Shown: piece by piece, positions 24,814 through 38,645 of the stretch
Numbering within the stretch: position 1 is the first letter of the stretch
How the letters are laid out: each line of letters opens with the position of its first letter
Source: Lama guanicoe
Lineage: Eukaryota
Assembly (NCBI GenBank): GCA_013239625.1
Contig: MU054187.1
Coordinates: forward strand, 22,571,280-22,635,279
Length of the DNA stretch: 64,000 bases
Reading direction: 5' to 3'
Position numbers and translations under genes: made by a program
The notes under the pieces: generated by a model
The model's input: the letters and a program-made list of their open reading frames with translations, nothing else
The model's database searches: none
What the model was told of the DNA's origin: nothing

Positions 24814-25616
24814 GTCATATATATATATTTTTAACCACTCTCCCAGTGTAGTCATTACTGTTGTCTTCAGTTCCTTTGTACTGAAAACAATGCTTTTCCT
24901 CTTGCATTTTCTTTTATCAACTTGCTTGAGAATTTTCTGGGGTATATATCTGAAGAAATACGGCTGAGTTCTAAGGTGTATTTCCAGAATAGTAGTTCCA
25001 ATTTACATCCTTGTCAGCACTTGGTATTATCATCTACTTTCAAATATTTTCCACTTTGATGGGTATAAAGCAGTTGTCCATTTTTGTTCTGATTGGTATT
25101 TCTTTGAGCACAAGTGAAATCATGCATCTTTTCTATGTTGATTTCCTAGTTATTTTGCTTCCATGGATTGACTATTAATATCCTCTCTCCTTAAAAATAA
25201 ACTGGGCTTTCTGTCTTTATACAAATGAAGTGTAAGAGCTAGTCCTTGCCTTATTATAATTTATAATTAGGCACAAGTTAGAGAACAGTGGAGTGCTATA
25301 CTATGTGATACGTTGTAAATGTGCGAAAGATAATCCCTTGAGACTAGAACCTTCATGGGTTGATGTTTTCAGAGGCAATAGGGAAAGATTTAGAAGGAAA
25401 GAGGTAAGTGATGGAGGAGAGACAACACTCCACACTGTAACAGGCAGCATGGACAAATGCCAGAGGAAGAAAAGTTGGTGGTGGTTCCAGAAAAAAGATC
25501 AACTTCAGTAGAGGGTATGGTTGGGATAGTGGTAATTAAATTTGGATAAATAAGATTTAATCCATAGAAGGGACTAGTAGGTCCCTGAGCAGAGAAGTAG
25601 CATAGTCAAAAATGAT

Positions 25617-25935
25617 TGTCATGGTTTGAATGTTAGTGTCCCTCCCAGTTCCCTGGCCCAGAAAATGTATGTGTTGAAATCCTAACCCCAGGATAGTAGT
25701 ATTAGGAGGTGGGGCCTCTGGGAAGTGGTTTGGGGAGAGCTCTGTCCTTGCAAATGGGATTAGTGCCTCCATAAAAGAGGACCCAGAGGGAAACCAGGAA
25801 GAGGACTGTCACCCGACCACGCTGGACCATGATCCTGGACTTCCCAGCATCCAGAACCGTGAGAAATTACTTTCTGTTGTTTTTAAGCCACCCAGTCTGT
25901 GGCATTTTTGTTACAGCAGCCCGAATGGACTAACA
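25617..25935 (+). mobile_element. MLT1-type MaLR LTR
   Basis: tgtcatggtttgaatgt...ttttaagccacccagtctgtggc...ggactaaca. Confidence 0.8.
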
Positions 25936-26399
25936 TTGTTGTATTTTAGAAAGATCTGATTTTACCCGTGGCAAAAGGGTGGAGAAGGTAGCAAGAGATT
26001 CGAGCAGATAGTCAGTAAAAATTGAATGTTTGAATTGAACAGAAAATATAAACTGAGGTGTTAGCATTGGAATTGAAAAAGAAAGGACAACTTGAAAGCC
26101 TTAAGACAGAAAAAGGACTTAGTGACACTCTAGATGCAATGGAAGAATTACTGATTATTCTTAGATTTTAGCCTGAGGGACTGGAAGAATGAAGCTATTG
26201 TCTGAAATAGGATCTTTTGGGAGGGAAAAGAAACAACAGGGGAAGAACATAATAATGGGGTATATTTTAATCTATTTATAGGATGTAAGTGGAGAACATT
26301 ATTCACAAATGCAGGATTTTTTTTTTTTCCTATGATCAGATTTTTTTCAGGACCTATGGCCACCTTTTCTTTCTGGCTTTTCTAACCACTCTTTCCACA

Positions 26400-27802
26400 C
26401 AGAAACTCCCATTTATTAAGCAAGCCCTGCTTAGCAACATCTCTTCATTGACTTAAATCCTGAAACACACCAAACAGCCTTTTGTAAAATTTGTCATGTT
26501 TCTATGACACCCAAACACTATAGTCAGAAATGGTGAGTATCAAATGATACATTTTATTATAGTGATGGATGTAAACATGGTTGGCTGAATACAGCTATGT
26601 TGTAAGCTTTTGGGCTAATTTGTTAAAACACTCTCAGTGAAGTGCTGTTACAGTGGCCATCTTCTGGGACTTGGAAATAGCCTCATTATACAGAACTTAA
26701 TGTTACACACTAATGGCATTTATTAGAATGGAATTCTGTATGTATTATTACTTCCGACAACAGCCTGGCTTTTTTAGCCTCCTCACAGCATGAGATTTGG
26801 GTAATTATGCTAATGCTAGGTGATTCATGAGGACAACTTCCTAAAGTGCGCTTAATTAACTCGGAGATTTTTGTCAACAGCTGCACATGTAGGTTCTGCA
26901 AATTGTAGGGATATGTCAATCTGACATGTGTACAGTCTGCCTTCCTAACCTCATCACTTTTTACTAAAGTTGCAAACGAGAAGCTCAAATCTGGCACCTT
27001 TTGAAGCAAAGGCTTGCAAAAGTTTCTGGGAAATGTCGCTTGAGCCTATGTGAAGACGGGGATAATCTGTGTTTGAGTCTGTTGAGCCAGATGAGCCTTT
27101 CATGATGGAAAATATTAAAGTTTGTTTCTTTAGCAAAGGGTATGATTTTTCCAAACATGTTGCTGTAATGTGATTTTGCTCAAGTGTTTGTTAGCATTGC
27201 TGACCCACACTCTCTTCAGAGGACTCCTTGCAAGTCAGATTCACACCCATTGGCTCATTGTCGCCTCTTCCCTTCAGTCTCAGCTGCTGGGTTGATCGGA
27301 TACTTGACTAACTCATCACCCTAGCTTGAATGGAAATCACCTGACCTTTGACACTTTTATTAAAATCTCCTAGCCCCAAGTAAGAGGTAATATTCATATA
27401 CACAGACCATTTAACCAAGACACAGTGCAATACAAGACTTTAACACACACACATACACAATTAAGAGAAAAAAGTAAATCATTTCAGCGCTAAGACCAAG
27501 CTAATCAAAATGGAGGGAAGAAACATCCAGAACGAGTGGAAGAAAAATAACCTACTACATACAAGTAGAAGAAATACCAATTGCACAAAGCTAATGACAA
27601 CAGAGAATACGGATGGTTTTTTTAATGGTCTTATTACCACTGCATAAGGTCGCACTCTCAGAGAAGTCCTAGAAACTTAGCTAGGGGTTTGCCTACGGTT
27701 TCTCAAGGGTCCCGGCAAGGTTTTCCCCTCTCATGAATGTAAGCTACCATCCTGGCTACAGTCTCTTTGGGAACTAGCTAGGTTGTATCTAAAGATGGGC
27801 AT
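26400..27802 (-). other. CNGB3: CNGB3 3' UTR (end uncertain)
   Basis: Minus-strand AATAAA candidates at 27356-27361, 26719-26724, 26553-26558 and 26412-26417. Confidence 0.45.
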
Positions 27803-28063
27803 TTACTGCTTAGCCTTTTCTTTGACTTCAATGGTCAGAACCTCCTCCCCAGCCTCGGCCGAGGGAGCCATGCTGATGATGAGTGATTGGCCGGTGGTGC
27901 CTCTGGGCAGACCTGCCCTTCGGATTGGCTGGGGCTTTGCCTCCGCTGTAACGGAATTTGCTCCATGTTTGGCTGTGTCCAGGGGTGGCTCTGCTGGCTC
28001 ACTTCCTTTTTCTTCATGTTCTTTCCCTTTATCCTCTTCTCCTTCAGCATTTTCACTTTTTTC
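27803..28063 (-). CDS. CNGB3: CNGB3 terminal coding exon ([29 protein letters not shown]...[27 protein letters not shown])
   Basis: caactag acceptor; 261 bp = 86 aa plus TAA; ends in the CNGB3 C-terminus [13 protein letters not shown]. Confidence 0.96.
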   Translation of the reverse strand, partial: EKSENAEGEEDKGKEHEEKGSEPAEPPLDTAKHGANSVTAEAKPQPIRRAGLPRGTTGQSLIISMAPSAEAGEEVLTIEVKEKAKQ

Positions 28064-29297
28064 CTAGTTGTTGAAAAAAGTTGGTATTGAAATCATAATC
28101 ACCACCAAGACGAAGACGGTCCGAATGAAGTCAATAGGGGCCTTGTGTCTGCCTCTGACTAGCACTTGACTGCTTCCTGATGTGCTGGAGGACGGGGCTG
28201 AGCTGTCACACTTGAATTACGGTGTTCGTCTGCACTGCATTTCTGTGCCTGTCTAGGAATTCTCTTCCTATATCGGTCTCTGAATTATTAGACTTAATGC
28301 TTAGGACTCTTTGCTTGTTAAATATTTGCTTATTTATTTTATGAAGATGAAATTTTAAATATTTATCTCTTCTTAAAATAAATATTAACCAAATACCATA
28401 AAAATACTATGGAAAGTATGATTTTCCTCCTGAAGAACCTCATAGAAGAACCTCAGGGAGAAAAATCTTCTCTCTTTCCTAGTACAATCTTCTCCATGTG
28501 TCTGTCCCATGAATGTTGGATACAGTTTTAGAATCTGCTGTATTTAGGTCGTCTATAGAAATTCCATCGTCAAAAACCTGCTATGCTCTTTATGGGTGAG
28601 GCCTGGGATCAGTTCGAGAGAGGCTTGTACGAGGCATGGATGTGCCTGTATGAAGCTGGGGACTTGACTTAACTCACTGACATATGTTTCTTTACTGTCA
28701 AGTCTTTTACCCAAATTACTATTTCTATGCTGATTAAATGAGGCATTTGGTAATTTTCACCACAGCGTTGTGTGTGTGTGAAAAAGGAGGAGGCAAGTTT
28801 TAGTCTTTTGAGTGTGACTGACGCTAATATTTGATTTACCAATTTTCTGAAAGGTCCACAGCCACCTATTTCTTACAGTTTTAGAGGTAACAGAATGACT
28901 AGATTCAGAAAACCCGAATCCCTCCTCCATTCTTTAATGTCTGCCCTCATAGACTTATCAGAATCAAAGAAATATGAAAAAAAAAAGGAGAGAAAAACAG
29001 TAACATTCGAGTTTCTTAACATTACTAGGAATTGGGAGACAGCTTGGTGTAGACCTGGATGTCTGAACACCTGAATAATAGTTTTTGTTCTGTCATCGAT
29101 TGTGACCTTATCCAAAGAAACTGATCCGGAGCTCAGTTTCTTCACCTGTAACATGAAGGCTTGGATGACATCCATGAGTTTATTTCTGGCTTTAAACATT
29201 TGTGATAATAATTGAATGAATATTTGTGAATATGTTTATTGGCTTGTTGGCAAACATATTATATATTTAAAGGTATATATGTATATTTGTACATATA

Positions 29298-29956
29298 CAG
29301 CTCATCCTCACTATTCACAGTAGTTTTGTTCTGTAAAACTGCTGAATTCTGTAAAACACTGAGTTAGCAAATCCCAAACTATGGCTCTTCGGGGTAACAC
29401 AAGTTTAGGTTCCTAGGAGACTGGCTACAACATTTTGGTCAACCGATCAATACATAACCTTGATTCATGTGCATTTCTGTCTAGAGACACCTTACTTAAT
29501 AGATATTATCTATTTGTCACATGGAATTCGCAGCCAACAGCGCTGTAACTCATGCCTAAATGAAGCTTATCTCACGTGTATGTCTCTGTAAGGCACATCA
29601 GAGCATTTTGTGGTTGTGAACACTGGACAGCACTTCCCACTCTGCTTGGGGGCCCTTTTTAACCACGGGGGAGGCAGAGGGGACAAGAGACACAAACACG
29701 CAAAAAAACATGGCGCTAAATAGACCGTGAAAAGGTCACTTGTTTGCAGTGTGAGAACTGAAACAAGAAGGCAGAGTGTCCCCTCGTTCAACCTCAGCTG
29801 GGAACTTGTGCCTCTGGCAACTTAAATTTTTCGCAGCAGTGCACACGTATGCCTGCGAATGACCACAGAAACAGCCCAGATGTTGATCTGGAGGTTGCAA
29901 ACACATTTTCGCAAGTAGGCGAATTCACAAACAGAATCTACAATCATGGTCAACTG
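29298..29956. mobile_element. MER82-like Tigger (TcMar) non-autonomous DNA transposon
   Basis: CAG...CTG termini flanked by TA; internal sequence resembles the recalled MER82 consensus. Confidence 0.8.
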
Positions 29957-30045
29957 TATTTATGTATATATACATTAAAACTCTCTATAATAAACCTGTG
30001 AGGGTGAAATGTGATGGTATACTGGCAAGCAGTATTAATTTTCTC

Positions 30046-30152
30046 TTTTTTTTTTTTTGGTTTGTTTTTTTGTTTTTTGTTTTTAATTGATTGAACCCAG
30101 GACCTTGTGCGTGCTAAGCGTGCACTGTACTGCTGAACTATAACCCACCTCC
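30046..30152 (-). mobile_element. vic-1-type SINE in the CNGB3 last intron
   Basis: T-tail followed by GATTGAACCCAGGACCTTGTGCGTGCTAAGC. Confidence 0.85.
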
Positions 30153-30387
30153 TTTCTCTCTTTTATTTAAAAATTTTCTTTTTTTTTTCATTTTTCCTTA
30201 TTCTTTTTTTTTTGGAGGGGGTATACAGTTTAAATAATAATAAGAGCTATATGTAAAGTCATAATTATTTGCATTAGATGAGTCCAAATTATCCCAGTGT
30301 CTGAAACGGAATTAAAGTAGGGGCTTGTCTGGGTGTCCTTAGTCCTATGGTCTCTGAGCCAGCCCTCCTTCCACTCTGTCTTCTTAC

Positions 30388-30562
30388 CTGAATGGCTTGT
30401 TCTCTCTTCAACGTGAGCAGTCTGGCAAGACCTGCTTTTCCTGCGCCTCCCAGGAGAGCTTTAAACATCTTGGGTGTCTCTTGTTTCGGTGGGAAGAGAA
30501 AGGCAAGCCCTTTGTTCGGAGGGGTCGCCCCTTTGCCTGGAGCCTTCTTCTCTAGAAGCACC
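30388..30562 (-). CDS. CNGB3: CNGB3 coding exon (175 bp; [39 protein letters not shown]...KREQAIQ)
   Basis: ORF 30289..30561; cacag/gtaaga splice sites; length as recalled for human exon 17. Confidence 0.96.
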
Positions 30563-30784
30563 CTGTGGACGGGAGAGAAAGGCCGTTTTAGACAGCACTG
30601 TGAGAGCTCTGGAAAAACCTACCAGAAATACTGTCATTCCTGCTAACCTGTGACGTTTTCAGTGTATCACTGCATAAGCAGTTGTTAAGTGTATCTCACG
30701 GAGAAAGTTGATCCCTGCCATCATAATACAGTTCTCAACTTAGATTTTAAGAAGTAAAACCACCTCCTCTTTAATGAGGTTTTA

Positions 30785-30976
<192 letters not shown>

Positions 30977-31627
30977 TCACTCTTCCTTCACCAAAATCTT
31001 TAAAAAATAAAGAAAATCAAATATAACCATTTATGCTGCTTCAGAGATCATTCCCTGGAGGTGAGAGTTCAGATAATTGTGCAGAGAGAGACAAGACGTG
31101 ATGGTAACAGAAGTGGCAAGAGTTTTCAACATGTTTAGCCTCCAACTCCCACCTCAGATCAAGGCCCTGTAGCCACCAGAACCTTGTGAGAGTCTTCATC
31201 CCAGACTGCAGGCTGCAGGCTCCCTTTGGACTCCATCTGCCCTTCCGGATTCACTTTTCATCCTTCCCCATCCTCTCTGCTCCCCAAGAAGCTGACCTCT
31301 GTGTGCTTGCTCTCTGACTTTTGTTTGGATTCAAACAATGGGAAGTACCAGTAGGAAAGCAGGAAGAGAGTGGGGATGGGGCATTTATGCCCTCATTCTT
31401 TCCCAGCCAGGCCTCAGGATAGCAATGCCTGCAGTTTCAACAAAATCCACAGCTCTTGACACATGGCCATCTCCCAGAAATACAACTCCTACAACTTCCT
31501 GGGCTCTGGTAACCTGCCCTGCCCTTGTCCCCTTTCGTCTCAGCTATGGAAACAGCTCCCTTGTGGCTAGCTTTGAGATGTATCAGCATCCCTTGATGGG
31601 TACTCAGATTTTCCTTCTAATTTCCTT

Positions 31628-33399
31628 CGGTTTTTTTTTAATTGAAGTGTAGTCAGTTACAATGTGTCAATTTCTGGTGTACAGCATAATGTCCCAGGCA
31701 TGCATATATATATACATATATTCATTTTCATATACTTTTTCATTAAAGGTTATTACAAGATACAGAACATAGTTCCCTGGGCTATATAGTGGTTAATATT
31801 TGCAAATCTCAAACTCCCAAATTTATCCCTTCCCACTCCTTTTCCCCAGGTAACCATAAGATTGTTACTATGTCTTCAAGTCTTTTTCTGTTTCGTAGAT
31901 GAGTTAATTAGTGTCCTCTTTTTTTCTTTCCCTTCTTTTTATTTTTTCAGATTCCACATGACTGACATCATATGGTATTTTTCTTTTTCTTTCTGGCTTA
32001 CTTCACTGGGATTGATGATCTCCAGGTCCACCCATGTTGCTGCAAATGACATTATTTTATTCTTTTTTATGCCTGAGTAGTATTCCATTGTATAAATATA
32101 CTACAACTTCTTTGTTTTTAACATTTTTTATTGACTTAACATAACAATGTTGTGTCAAATTCCAGTGTAGAGCACAATTTTTCAGTTTTACATGAACATA
32201 CATATATTCATTGTCACTTTTTTTTTGCTGTGAGCTACCACAAGATCTTGTATATATTTCCCTGTGCTATACAGTATAATCTTGATTATCTATTCTGCAT
32301 ATGCCTGTCAGTATCTACAAATTTTGAAATCCCAGTCTGTCCCTTCTCACCTCTGCCCCCTTGGCAACCACAAGTTTGTGTTCTATGTGTGTGAATCTGT
32401 TTCTGTTTTGTATTTATGTTCTTTTTTTTTTTTTTTTTTTTTTTTTTCCAAATTTAATCTCACACATATAAGCGATCTCATATGGTATTTTCTTTCTCTT
32501 TCTGGCTTACTTCACTTAGAATGACATTCTCCAGGGACATCCATGTTGCTGAAAATGGCGTTATGTTGTCCTCTTTATGGCTAAATAGTATTCCATTGTA
32601 TAAATATACCACATCTTCTTTATCCAGTCATCTGTTGATGGACATTTAGGCTGTTTCCATGTCTTGGCTATTCTAAATAGTACTGCTGTGAACATTGAGG
32701 TGCATGTATCCTTTTGAATTAGAGTTCCCTCCAGATATACACCCAGGAGCGGATTGCTGGATCATATGGTAAGTCTATTTTTATTTTTTAAGAAATCTCC
32801 ATACTGTTTTCCACAGTGGCTGCACCAACCTGCATTCCCACCAGCAGTGTAGGAGGGTTCCCTTTTCTTCACAGACTCTCCAGCATTTGTCATTTGTACC
32901 ACAACTTCTTTATCCAGTCATTGGTCAATAGACACATGTCATGGCTATTGTAAATAGTGCTGCTATAAACATGGGGTGCATGTATCCTTTTGAATTAGAG
33001 TTCCCTCCAGATATACACCCAGGAGTGGGATTGCTGGATCATATGGTAAGTCTATTTTTATTTTTAAAGGAATCTCAATACTGTTTTCCACAATGGTTGA
33101 ACCAAACTGCATTCCTACCAGCAGTGTAAGAAAGTTCCCTTTTCCCTAAAGCCTCTCCAGTATTTATCGTTTGTGGACTTTTGAATAATGGCCATTCTGA
33201 TTGGTGTGAAGTGATACCTTATTGTAGTTTTGATTTGCATTTCTCTAATAATTAGTGATACTGAGCACTTTTTCATGTGCCTATTGGCCATTTGTATGTC
33301 TTCATTGGAGAACTGCTTGTTAAAGTCTTCTGCCCATTTTTGGATTGGGTTGTTTGTTTTTTTCTTATTAAGTTGTATGAGCTGTTTATATATACTGGA
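31628..33399 (-). mobile_element. 5'-truncated L1 containing a nested younger L1 (32114-32896)
   Basis: Outer TSD ctaatttcctt at 31617-31627 and 33400-33410; inner TSD tacyacaacttcttt at 32099-32113 and 32897-32911. Confidence 0.9.
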
Positions 33400-34169
33400 C
33401 TAATTTCCTTGTATTGACTTCTGTCAATAATCCCTTTATTAAGGTTCTTCTTAGTTACCTCACTTGAGTGTACCTTCAGTCTTCCCCTGAACTCTGACTG
33501 AAAGCTCTGACATCAAACCTTAATAATACCCTGGTTACATTAGGTGAATTCGGTCTCTTCCGATACTTAACTCCCAGATTAAATTGTTTCTCAGTAGCAT
33601 AAATTGCTCTGTAGGATAGTCAGACACATTCAACTTCCTACTTGGAATGTCAGTGAGTTCTGGGCTTTAGATCGCTCAGGGATACAGCTGGGGCACACTG
33701 CATTTGGGAAGTGACCCCCAAGTAGTTATCAAATAAGTGAACACGCAAATGAATGAATGAAACAAATGAACAGAACTTCTATCGTTCACAGATAATCTGG
33801 AAAATAAAGGCTGGTCTTTGAAAGCAAGACAAGAAAAAACACATTTCAAGTGTTTAAAACAAACAAACAAAAAGACATTGCAGGCTCTGCATGATAAGAT
33901 AACACAGTAGATTTTATCTCTTGGAGTCAGCCACTCAGAAATGAAGAAAGAAGGCTCACATTAAATAAAGCAGTCCCTAGGGTTGGAAAAGACAGAGCAA
34001 GCGTTCTGGAGATCGGAATGTTCACACTTTCACAGCCCTGCCTTTGGGGGCAATGAGATGTGAGAAGCTGCTTGGGTCCTAGGCCTGAAGATGGATATCA
34101 GACCGTGTGAGTTTCTCCAACTGTTGCTGCAGAGAAGGGAACATTCCAACTGGCTGTTCATCGTTAAAA

Positions 34170-34780
34170 AAACTAGCATTGGGTTTCAGCTCTGACATGT
34201 CGCGAGCTTAGAAGTTGTCACTCCTGTCCTTACAACACCAAAAAGCTGAACAAACTGAAAATCAGCGATTTCCTAGCACTTATCAGGGACCTGAAGTTGC
34301 AGGGTAAACTCCCACCCAGATCTGAAGAGACAGGTGAGTCCAGAAAGCCATGGCCAGACCTGCTTACCTGGAACAGAAGCCCTTGGAGCTATAACTGGTA
34401 GAAACACTTATATGGTAATTTAGACAAATTGCTATAGGTTGAGAGTGAACTATCCAGAGAGCGAGAAACTCTGGCGGGGTCACAATTGTGGGGAAATATA
34501 CTTGTATGGGTTTTACCTTGAGAAACTCCAGCGGGTTCTCATGGTTAAGAGCCAAGAAAGATCTGCTTGCTGCTCTGGCAGCAGAAGGGAATAATTGATC
34601 ATTGTAAAACACACTCAAGAGTTTATTTGTTTTCCATTAAAAAGGTCTACTATCCAGGGAAAAAGATTACCAAAGCCTTACCCCCCCAGGAGGAAAGGTA
34701 TTTCTCTCATCTTTCTCTTTCCCGTCCTACCTAAGGGAGTAAGAAAAACTTGTGAAGTGTCCCCAGGCCACTTAAGAATG
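34170..34780 (+). mobile_element. Old L1M 5'-region-like fragment
   Basis: agctctgacatg...gtcactcctgtccttacaac...aagctgaacaaactgaaaatc resembles L1M 5' ends. Confidence 0.5.
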
Positions 34781-34998
34781 GATTTACTCCTCCAAGACAG
34801 AAAGCATATCTTGGAATCCATAAATGTTGACCATATGAATGCCTACTTATTTTGCTCAAGATTGCACATTGACACTTTAAAGTCTCTTGCTCCATGGCAA
34901 AAGAAACCACTTACTTTTTAGTCCTTTCCTGAGGTTCTCCCCAAGACAAGCTCTGGCTTCACCTTTTTTTTTAAGGAAGAGAAACGAATTTTACTCTA

Positions 34999-35047
34999 TC
35001 ATCCATCCATCTGTCCGTCCATCCATCCATCCATCCATCCATCCATC
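34999..35047. repeat. (TCCA)n tetranucleotide repeat
   Basis: Read directly from sequence. Confidence 0.9.
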
Positions 35048-35941
35048 ATCTCTTCAGTCACTCACCTACCCAACTTCCTACCTGTCTGTCTCTGAAATGG
35101 ATGTTAATACACGAAGGACAATGATTAGATGAGCCTGTTTCATTCTCATTCCTGTCACCTTGGACACGGAGTAATGCAGTAGCTAGGCAGGGCTAGATGG
35201 CATCGGGGAGCTTAATCTGGACCTGAGAATGTCTCTGTGTGTGTCAGACTGTGAGAGCAGAACGGAAATAACATATTTAAATGTCAGGTTATTTTGAGAT
35301 TTCCCAAGCTTTAATTAAACTTGCCTTCAGGTTACACGCTTCGAGTGCTTGATGAGTTTTTGAACGGAAGAAATAGTCTGTCTGCCAGATGGATTTTGCC
35401 CAAACTGGCATCTATTTTGTTGTTGCTGTTGGTTCTCCTCCTGTCCACAAAATGCTTCTCCAGCACTCCTCCTCCAGTGGAAAGTTTCACTCATTTAATA
35501 GCTTAGTAAGAAGATCCCTAAGTATTCCCAGGCCCACACAGAGTTTCTCAAAGAGCGCGTGCGTGCTGCAGGACACACCCCTGAGGTTGATGGCAGGTGT
35601 CCTCAGGTCAAAACCTAGTGAGCAGAGCAATGGCCCAGGAAGCAAAGGAATGGATTTTGATTCCAGATCCACCTCTGTTTGATGTGGATACCTTAAGGAC
35701 AATACCTTAAGGGCCTTTCTGATTTTCACTCCAACCGTGTGTTTATTAAGTGCCTATCCTGTATGCAGCAGGTGAAGCAGGACAAAAGGAGAACTATGAA
35801 AACATGGTATGGTTTTTCGGAAAGAATACAGATTTTGGGCCCAGATAACTCTACCATTTAAAGTGTATTTCTGAGCAGGATACTTAATCTCTCTCTTAGG
35901 AAAAGACCGTCTTTCAGTACCTAATATGGGTGTCTGATTAC

Positions 35942-36415
35942 TGTGAAAGAAAAATGCCAGTAAACACCAGTAAACAAAGAACGCTGAAGCCACGAAGTCA
36001 TCCGCGGCTGCCACCACCCGTAGTAAAGACAAGCCTGCAGCCTGGCCTCTGCGGCCACTCACAGTGGTGCCCCCTGAGGGGACTCAGAACGAGAAAGGAC
36101 AGGACACCGGCCCTAGGTAGCCAGGTGCTTGTCAAAGGAATGAATTCAGGGAGCCCAAATCTTTGCTTCCTCCCACACACAGAAAAGCACTAAATTCTTT
36201 AACTTCAGATGCCTGGCTTTCTTTAGTTAACAAGTAATCTTTTGTTATTCCAACTACCTGGTCTTTGCTGTAAAGCTCCTGTATATCCTAGCTCCTCCCC
36301 TACCTCTTGGGAGCAGCCCCTCAGGGAGATCTGAGAGGCTGTCATCCCGGCTTGAGTCCTCCTGCCAAATAAAACAACTCTCAACTTCTAGGCTGCGCAT
36401 TTATTTCAGTGGACA
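35942..36415 (+). mobile_element. ERV1-class solo LTR
   Basis: TG...CA termini, 4-bp TSD ttac/ttat, TATA-like gtatatcc and AATAAA near 36368. Confidence 0.8.
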
Positions 36416-36557
36416 TTATCTTTAGGGAGATACAGGTGTTTACAGACTTCTGCTATTCAGTTAGGGAGGTGTTATTGGGCCAAATTTCTGGCTAAGAAGT
36501 TTTAAACCCTAATTTGCGGTATGTAACTGTAACAAGTAACAGTAAGTATAATGACTT

Positions 36558-37080
36558 TTATTAGTCAGGGTTCTCCAGAGAAACAGAAGAAACAGGACAT
36601 GCACAGATATGTACAAAAGGAGATTTATTATGGGAGTTAGCTCCCATGGTTACGGAGGCTGAGCATCCCACAGTCTGCTGTCTGCAAGCTGGAGACCCAG
36701 GAAAGCTGGTGGTGTCATTCAGTCTGAGTCCAAAGGCCCAAGGAGCGGGCAAAGGGGAGCCTCTGGTTTAAGTCCAGGTCTGGTTTGAAAGCCCAAGCAC
36801 CAGGAACATCAGTGTCTCTGTCTGAGCGCCGGGAAGGTGGGTGTGTCAGCTCCAGCACACAGAGGGAATCTGCCCTCCCTTCACCTTTCTGTTCTCTTTG
36901 GTCCCAGTGGATCAGATGAGCCCGCCTGTGGTGAGGAGTGTGGCCTTCCTTACTCAGTCTACTGCTCCAAGTGCCCATCTCCCCCAAGCACCCTCCCAGA
37001 CACACCCAGAAATAATGTTTTATCCGCTGTCTGGGCATCCCTTAGCCTCGTCAAGTTGACACGTGAAATTAACCGTCATA
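36558..37080 (-). mobile_element. MLT2 (ERVL) LTR
   Basis: tattagtcagggttctccagagaaacagaa...tcaagttgacacgtgaaattaacc. Confidence 0.85.
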
Positions 37081-38645
37081 GTGCTGGTGTGCCAGAGGCG
37101 GGTAAGTGGATGGAATCGGTGTGTGAATGGCAAAGGGAGAAGGTATATGTAGTGTGAGATGAGCTGTATGTGCAAAGCTGTGAATGTGAGCAATATAGAG
37201 CAACATGGAGATTATATATATGTGTGTTATAACATATTCATAGACACATATACACACATGCATATATATACATATAGTATATAATATAAATTATAATAAG
37301 ACTGTATACAAAAGAATGTAGTGAAAATACAAATGCATATGTTTAACACAGGCAATGTGTGCAGGTTTGAGCTGGGGAAAAAAATGGAAATGGAAAGTTT
37401 TTCCCCTCAATATTAATTGATTTTTCTTACCTCTGCTCATACTTCCAATGTCTCTACTATTCCTGTCTTTTAGGAAAGGCAGGGTCAGGGAGGGGGAGGA
37501 ATGACAGAGTTACTCTGATGAAGAATGTGACTATGGAGTTAGGATAGTCCTGAGAACTAGAGGTCTACCTTGGTACTCTCGTTTTGAAAACTGAGTCTTC
37601 AGGAGAAACAGGCAAACACTGTTTGGAGGGAACAAAGAGATTTAAAATAATTTTTTTCAAAATATTTGACCTTTTCCACAATGATACACAATAAATATTT
37701 GTTTGATATGCAGAATGACCCATTTGACCAATATAACAAGTGGAAACTCAGAACTTAAACCCTTTAGATGAAACCCAGACTATCTAAAACATAGAAGGCT
37801 ATACCAGTGCCTAAATTCTACTCAATAACTTGTTATATATGATGAAAAAGGGATGTTGTACAAAGAAAGAAATGCAGAAAATAAACGATCGCATTTATGA
37901 AAATAGTGAGTTCATAGGAAATTAATTCATTTAGCAAATATTTATTGAGGACCTATTTCCCAGGCACTATTTAGAGAAATGCAAATTAAAACAACCTATT
38001 AAAATGCAAAAGCAATGAGAATAACGAGGTTATATCACTGACACTGGGGAAAAACAGCCCTTACACTGCATGTTGTACCGTAAATTGCTTCAGTTTTTCT
38101 AAAAAATAATCCGCCCCTATATTCCAAGAGTTTTAGAAACGTTTCTACCTTTTGACCTAGTTATTTCACTTTGGGGAATAAACCTCAAAGAAATAAAAGA
38201 AAAAACAAAATAATTTTACAAAGATCAACATAGCAGAGCTATTCTTAATACTGAAAACTGATAAAAAAGGCACAAGGCTGAATATGTATATTCATGACAA
38301 AAATGTATCTGCATTAGTCCATTTGCAAAGATAAAAAGATAATTACATTCACTTATTTATTCAACAACTATTAGGCATTTAACGTGGGCCAGGCACTGCC
38401 GTAAGGGCTAGAAGTTGGGTGCCAAACGAAAAAAACGTGATGTCTGCTAGGGCCTGTGTCTTTGTGCAAAATGGAAAAATACAGCTTCCCTGGGCACATG
38501 TGGTCCTCTGGGCGCAAAGCTTGACTAGAAAAATGCCCGCTTTTGTAAAGCGGAGGGCACCTGTGGATGCGGGAGAGCGCAGCCGCAGGGCTCACGCTCA
38601 GGAGCAGAGTGCAGGCTGCAACCCAGCCTTCCTGGCCCCTCCCTG

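Noticed and set aside
27783..28090. ORFs 27783..28067 (+), 27887..28090 (+) and 27835..28056 (-)
   Set aside because: Antisense or alternative-frame shadows of the CNGB3 terminal exon
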